Positions 25,164-28,898 of a DNA stretch of 28,898 bases are shown piece by piece; position 1 is the stretch's first letter, and each line of letters opens with the position of its first letter. The notes beneath the pieces were generated by a model. The model was not told where the DNA came from. It saw nothing but the letters and a program-made list of their open reading frames with translations, and did no database searches. The DNA is from Myxococcota bacterium (lineage in GTDB: Bacteria; Myxococcota; UBA4151), in NCBI GenBank assembly GCA_036338695.1, contig JAYZBQ010000035.1, forward strand, positions 1-28,898, given 5' to 3'. A program made the translations under genes and the position numbers.

Positions 25164-25727
25164 ATGACCGTTGAGCTCAAGCGTATTCACCATGTGGCGT
25201 ACCGGTGCCGAGACGCCAAAGAGACCGTCGCCTTTTATCAGCGCGTCTTGAACATGGGCTTCGTCTTGGCGATCGCCGAGAACGAGGTGCCCTCGACCAA
25301 AGAGCCAGACCCGTACATGCATGTGTTCCTCGACGCCGGGATGGGGAACGTCCTGGCGTTTTTCGAGCTCCCCAACTCTCCGGCGATGGGCCGGGACGAG
25401 CAGACGCCGCTGTGGGTCCAGCACATCGCTTTTGAGGTGGACGACCTCGACGCCTTGATGGCCGCCAAGACGCACATCGAAGGGGAGGGGCTCGAGGTTC
25501 TCGGTCCTGTGAACCACGGCATCTTCCGCTCGATCTATTTCTTTGATCCGAGCGGTCACCGCATCGAGCTCGCCGCCAACGTGGGCACGCCCGAGCAGAT
25601 GCAACAGCTCCACGAGGTGGCGCCCGCGATGCTCGAGGAGTGGAGCGTCACCAAGCGGGCGCCGAAGCACGCTGCGTGGTTGCACGAGGAGATCGCGCAG
25701 GCTGCGGACGAGCCTGCGTCAGAGTGA
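25164..25727 (+). CDS. VOC (glyoxalase/extradiol dioxygenase) family protein
   Basis: IHHVAYRC, LAFFE, QHIAF, NHG..RSIYFFDPSGHRIEL. AAGGAGG RBS, 20 nt after hppD. Confidence 0.9.
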   Translation: MTVELKRIHHVAYRCRDAKETVAFYQRVLNMGFVLAIAENEVPSTKEPDPYMHVFLDAGMGNVLAFFELPNSPAMGRDEQTPLWVQHIAFEVDDLDALMAAKTHIEGEGLEVLGPVNHGIFRSIYFFDPSGHRIELAANVGTPEQMQQLHEVAPAMLEEWSVTKRAPKHAAWLHEEIAQAADEPASE

Positions 25728-26573
25728 CCTCGAGAAGCCGCTCAAGAAGTTCCAGATCACTCGGTGCGTCGACGTGCCGTTGATCTCGTCGGGCCACTCA
25801 TGACCGACACCGGTGAGCTGATGATGCTCGACGCGCACACCGCTATCGCAGGACGCGTGGATGATGTGTCGTGAATCGGCGGAAGCCGGTTGATCCTGAG
25901 CCTCGCAGCGGTAGGCGTTTCGCCAGAACTCGATGAGGCTCGGAATGTCGCGCATCGGACCGACTTGGTCCCATGCCTTCCAGTTCCATGACGTTGCATA
26001 CGGGATGATCGAGTCCTCCGTGCCGTGCAGATGGAGGATACCCATGGGCTGTGTGGGGCTGCAGCTGCTGGGGCTGACAGGCATCGTCCCTGCATGCGAG
26101 GCGATGGCGGCGAAGCGCTCGCTCAGATGACAGGGCAGCTCATAGCTGAACATGGAGCCGAGCGAGTAGCCGGTCGCGTAGATGCGGTTTTCGTCGATGG
26201 CATGTTGCGCTGAGACTTGGTCGATCAGCGCCTCAAGAAAGTCCATATCATGCCGCAATAGAGCCGTCGTGTTGAGTTGCCACTCGCCCTCGTTACCCGG
26301 TCGATGTTCTGCCAGGGGATAGGCTATCACGAAGCCCTGCTCGTGAGCGAGGCTGCGAAACGCTGGCTCTTGCGGAAACGCGACGTCGCGCCCGCCGCCG
26401 CCATGGAACGCAAGGACAAGCGGCATCGGCCGTGAAGAGGGGGCAGGCGGCACGACCAGGCGGTAGGTCCGAGTCACACCGTTCACCGAGACGGTGTGCG
26501 TTACGCCCGTAATGTCGCCGTCGCCGCCGCAGGCGGCCGAGGTGGCGAGGATCAGCGTGATAAGTGCTCTCAA
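25719..26573 (-). CDS. Alpha/beta-hydrolase esterase lipoprotein (PHB-depolymerase/LpqC-like)
   Basis: Lipobox SAA-C, PLVLAFHGGG, GYSLG nucleophile elbow, HGTED and GHEWP. TTG start follows GGAGG. Confidence 0.88.
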   Translation of the reverse strand: MRALITLILATSAACGGDGDITGVTHTVSVNGVTRTYRLVVPPAPSSRPMPLVLAFHGGGGRDVAFPQEPAFRSLAHEQGFVIAYPLAEHRPGNEGEWQLNTTALLRHDMDFLEALIDQVSAQHAIDENRIYATGYSLGSMFSYELPCHLSERFAAIASHAGTMPVSPSSCSPTQPMGILHLHGTEDSIIPYATSWNWKAWDQVGPMRDIPSLIEFWRNAYRCEAQDQPASADSRHIIHASCDSGVRVEHHQLTGVGHEWPDEINGTSTHRVIWNFLSGFSRSL

Positions 26574-26713
26574 AGCATAACCTCCACGCCATCAGTGTGC
26601 CTTAGATCGGCGACGATGTCAGACGGGAGCGGTTTGGGGCGTGGTGAGGAGCCGCATGACTTGCATTTTACGCTCGGGCGATGTCTGCATTGTGAGCGTA
26701 AGGAGTCGCCTGG

Positions 26714-27697
26714 ATGAAGAGACACGCAAGATGGAGCTTGGGCTTGGTGATCATGAGCGTCGTCGCTTGCGGCGACGAGGTCGACCCGAACGCAGTCGAT
26801 ATCACAGACGCTGTTCTGACGCGAACCGACGCAGCGTGCACAGCGTACGAGGGGAGCTATTCCTCTTCGGTTCAGGATGTAGGGCGCAGCAAGTCTTTTG
26901 TTGGGCGCGTCACCATCGCCGACAACGGCGATCACTGCGAGCTGACCTCGAACTCGATCCCCAACCACGACTTCAACGACGGCGCTCGATCCTTTGTCAA
27001 CACGACCTCTGAGGCGACCAAGAGCTTCTCGATCCCGTCCTCGCCCCAGGCAGCTGCAACCAGCACGGAGCTCTCGCTGCGTTATGATGACGGGATTTTT
27101 CTCAACGGGGTGAAGCTCGATCTCTTGGCGGCCGCTTGCTACGGCGTCGGGAGCGAGCCCGCTGGTCAGGAGAAGATCGGCTGCTTTGACACGGGGGGCC
27201 AACCCTTTCGCTACGACCCCATGTCGCCGCTCAACGCTTTTGGCACCGATTCGCACAACGCCCACACCCAGCCCGACGGTGAATATCACTACCACGGCGA
27301 CCCGAAGGCTCTGCACGATCCGGCGCGCAGCGACAGCCCGTCCCCGGTGGTCGGGTTTGCAGCCGACGGGTTTCCGATCTTTGGGCCGTTCTTTCGGGAC
27401 GAAGACACTGGCGAGGTCCGGCGCGCCACTTCGAGCTACTCGCTCAAGTCGGGCGTCCGTGCGGCTCAGAGTCATGGAGGCGCCACGTACGACCCGAGCG
27501 GACCAGGCGGCGCGTTCCAGGGCGAGGAGTACAACGGTCGGTTCGTGGATGACTACGAGTACATCGCAGGCTCGGGTGACCTCGACGAGTGCAATGGGAT
27601 GGTCGTCGACGGCCGCTACGGCTACCGGATCACGAACACCTACCCTTGGGTCCTAGGCTGCTTCAAGGGAGCAGCCGATGAGTCGTTTAGGAAGTGA
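26714..27697 (+). CDS. YHYH-domain lipoprotein
   Basis: Lipobox VVA-C, SNSIPNH, NGV, NAHTQPDGEYHYHG, GFAADGFPIFG, DYEY...GDLDECNG and YPW...CF.G. Confidence 0.92.
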   Translation: MKRHARWSLGLVIMSVVACGDEVDPNAVDITDAVLTRTDAACTAYEGSYSSSVQDVGRSKSFVGRVTIADNGDHCELTSNSIPNHDFNDGARSFVNTTSEATKSFSIPSSPQAAATSTELSLRYDDGIFLNGVKLDLLAAACYGVGSEPAGQEKIGCFDTGGQPFRYDPMSPLNAFGTDSHNAHTQPDGEYHYHGDPKALHDPARSDSPSPVVGFAADGFPIFGPFFRDEDTGEVRRATSSYSLKSGVRAAQSHGGATYDPSGPGGAFQGEEYNGRFVDDYEYIAGSGDLDECNGMVVDGRYGYRITNTYPWVLGCFKGAADESFRK

Positions 27698-27707
27698 GCG
27701 GGAGCCG

Positions 27708-28898
27708 CTAGACGAGGCGGTCGACCCAAGCCTCGTACGCGTCGATGTCGATGCGCTGCTCTTGCGACGCCGTTGAGCGCCCGCGGACGGTCCCGAGTAC
27801 GGGCTGCGGTGGCTTGAACGGGCGGTCAAAGAGACCCAGGCACCAGTAGAGACCGCCGTACGAGTTGGGGTCTCGTCCATCCAATGCGTACCTGTTGTTG
27901 AGCTCGACGAGCAGGCGGCGCGCCTCCTCGGGCGATCGCGCCCACTGGACGATCTGCTTGCCCCAGGTCATCCGGACGTTGTTGTGCAGCTCACCGTGTT
28001 TGAGCAGTGAGCGCTGACAGGCGTCCCAGAGCCGATCGCCCGTGCGCGCCTGGTGCAATTCGTCGTCCGTGAAGGTGGCGTGCCGGGTGTCGCCCTGATG
28101 CGCCCGCAGGGTCTCAAGCGCCCACTCGGGAAGTACGTCCACACTGTGGACGTCGGCTTGGAACGCACACCATGCGTGCGCCAGCTCGCGCCAGATCAGC
28201 AGCTCGTCGAGCCACTTCTCTGCGCCTCTCCCGCCCACCTCCCGAGCCTCCGCCGCCAGTCGAAAGGGCGACACCATACCGTAATGCAGGTAGGGCGAGA
28301 GCCTGCTCACGCCGTCCACATGCGGCGTGTTGCGCTTGGCTGCGTAGGACGACAGACCGCTGATCTTAAACCGCTCCCAGCGTGCGTAGCCAGCTTGAGA
28401 GCCCCCCTCCATGTGGGCGACGGCCGGCACGGAGTGATCGATGTCGCATTGGGCGACGAGGGACTCGATACTCTGCGCCGCAAAGTTGATGGGTTCGAAG
28501 GGCAGCGTCTCGGGGATGTACGCTGGGCGCTTGACCTCGGCGTCGGTCCATCCCGCGCGCAGCCGAGCGAATCGCTGCGCCTCGTACTTTTTACGAAAGA
28601 TGAAGGCTCGGTCGACGGGCTCTTTGACCAACATCATCGGCAGCACACAGGCGGTGTCGACCACCCACACCGGCGTCTGCGCTCGCTCGCTCAAACGCCG
28701 GGTCCAGCCCATCAAGGGGGGTACCGGTAAATCTTCGCTGACCACGAGCGCCGCCCGCTCCGCCAGCTCCGCAAGGTGAGCGCCTCGGTGCCCTGCACGT
28801 TCGAGGTGAAACGCCGTGCCAACACCTCGAGCCTGCAGCGCCCGCTGCACGTCCAACGCACCCTGGAGGATAAACGTGTGGTGTCGGTCCGAGGCGTG
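27708..28898 (-). CDS. DNA photolyase/cryptochrome family protein, class II CPD photolyase-like, N-terminus outside the window
   Basis: SRLSPYLHYG, DELLIWREL, TGDRLWDACQ, GELHNNVRMTWGK and YALDGRDPNSY. The frame stays open to the window edge (HASDRHHTFILQG...). Confidence 0.9.
   Translation of the reverse strand, partial: HASDRHHTFILQGALDVQRALQARGVGTAFHLERAGHRGAHLAELAERAALVVSEDLPVPPLMGWTRRLSERAQTPVWVVDTACVLPMMLVKEPVDRAFIFRKKYEAQRFARLRAGWTDAEVKRPAYIPETLPFEPINFAAQSIESLVAQCDIDHSVPAVAHMEGGSQAGYARWERFKISGLSSYAAKRNTPHVDGVSRLSPYLHYGMVSPFRLAAEAREVGGRGAEKWLDELLIWRELAHAWCAFQADVHSVDVLPEWALETLRAHQGDTRHATFTDDELHQARTGDRLWDACQRSLLKHGELHNNVRMTWGKQIVQWARSPEEARRLLVELNNRYALDGRDPNSYGGLYWCLGLFDRPFKPPQPVLGTVRGRSTASQEQRIDIDAYEAWVDRLV

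Noticed and set aside
26570..26578. Mini-ORF ATG-CTT-TGA overlapping the esterase TTG start, considered as a frameshift or pseudogene sign
   Set aside because: The TTG start is well spaced from GGAGG and gives an intact signal peptide, while the ATG is too close to the RBS.

Overview
GC-rich, gene-dense bacterial chromosomal window with about 23 CDSs. It is probably from a Myxococcota-like deltaproteobacterium, inferred from the many lipoproteins with Asp-Ala-Gly-rich tethers and the glycine-rich RRM protein. No rRNA, tRNA, CRISPR array or mobile element is visible. (1) 1-8239: an alpha-glucan locus with a cytoplasmic glucan phosphorylase, a lipoprotein isoamylase/GlgX-like enzyme, a LamB-like porin, an unknown lipoprotein running off the edge and a divergent lipoprotein GH13 amylase; together they look like an extracytoplasmic glycogen/starch harvesting system. 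(2) 8236-21509: mixed accessory genes, namely a large unknown protein with a possible His/Cys clan-CD protease dyad, an FG-GAP lipoprotein, an RRM protein, an orphan DNA methyltransferase, a vanadium-haloperoxidase-like protein with an atypical HPSWPAMH site, a MOSC protein, a Cys-repeat lipoprotein, a pirin with a possible Tat-lipoprotein leader, an ACT protein and an outer-membrane barrel. (3) 21890-25727: a tyrosine catabolism cluster (fahA, maiA, MarR regulator, hppD) with a VOC-fold gene and no hmgA in the window. (4) 25719-28898: an esterase lipoprotein, a YHYH lipoprotein and a partial class II-like photolyase. All family calls come from reading motifs by eye; no database search was run.
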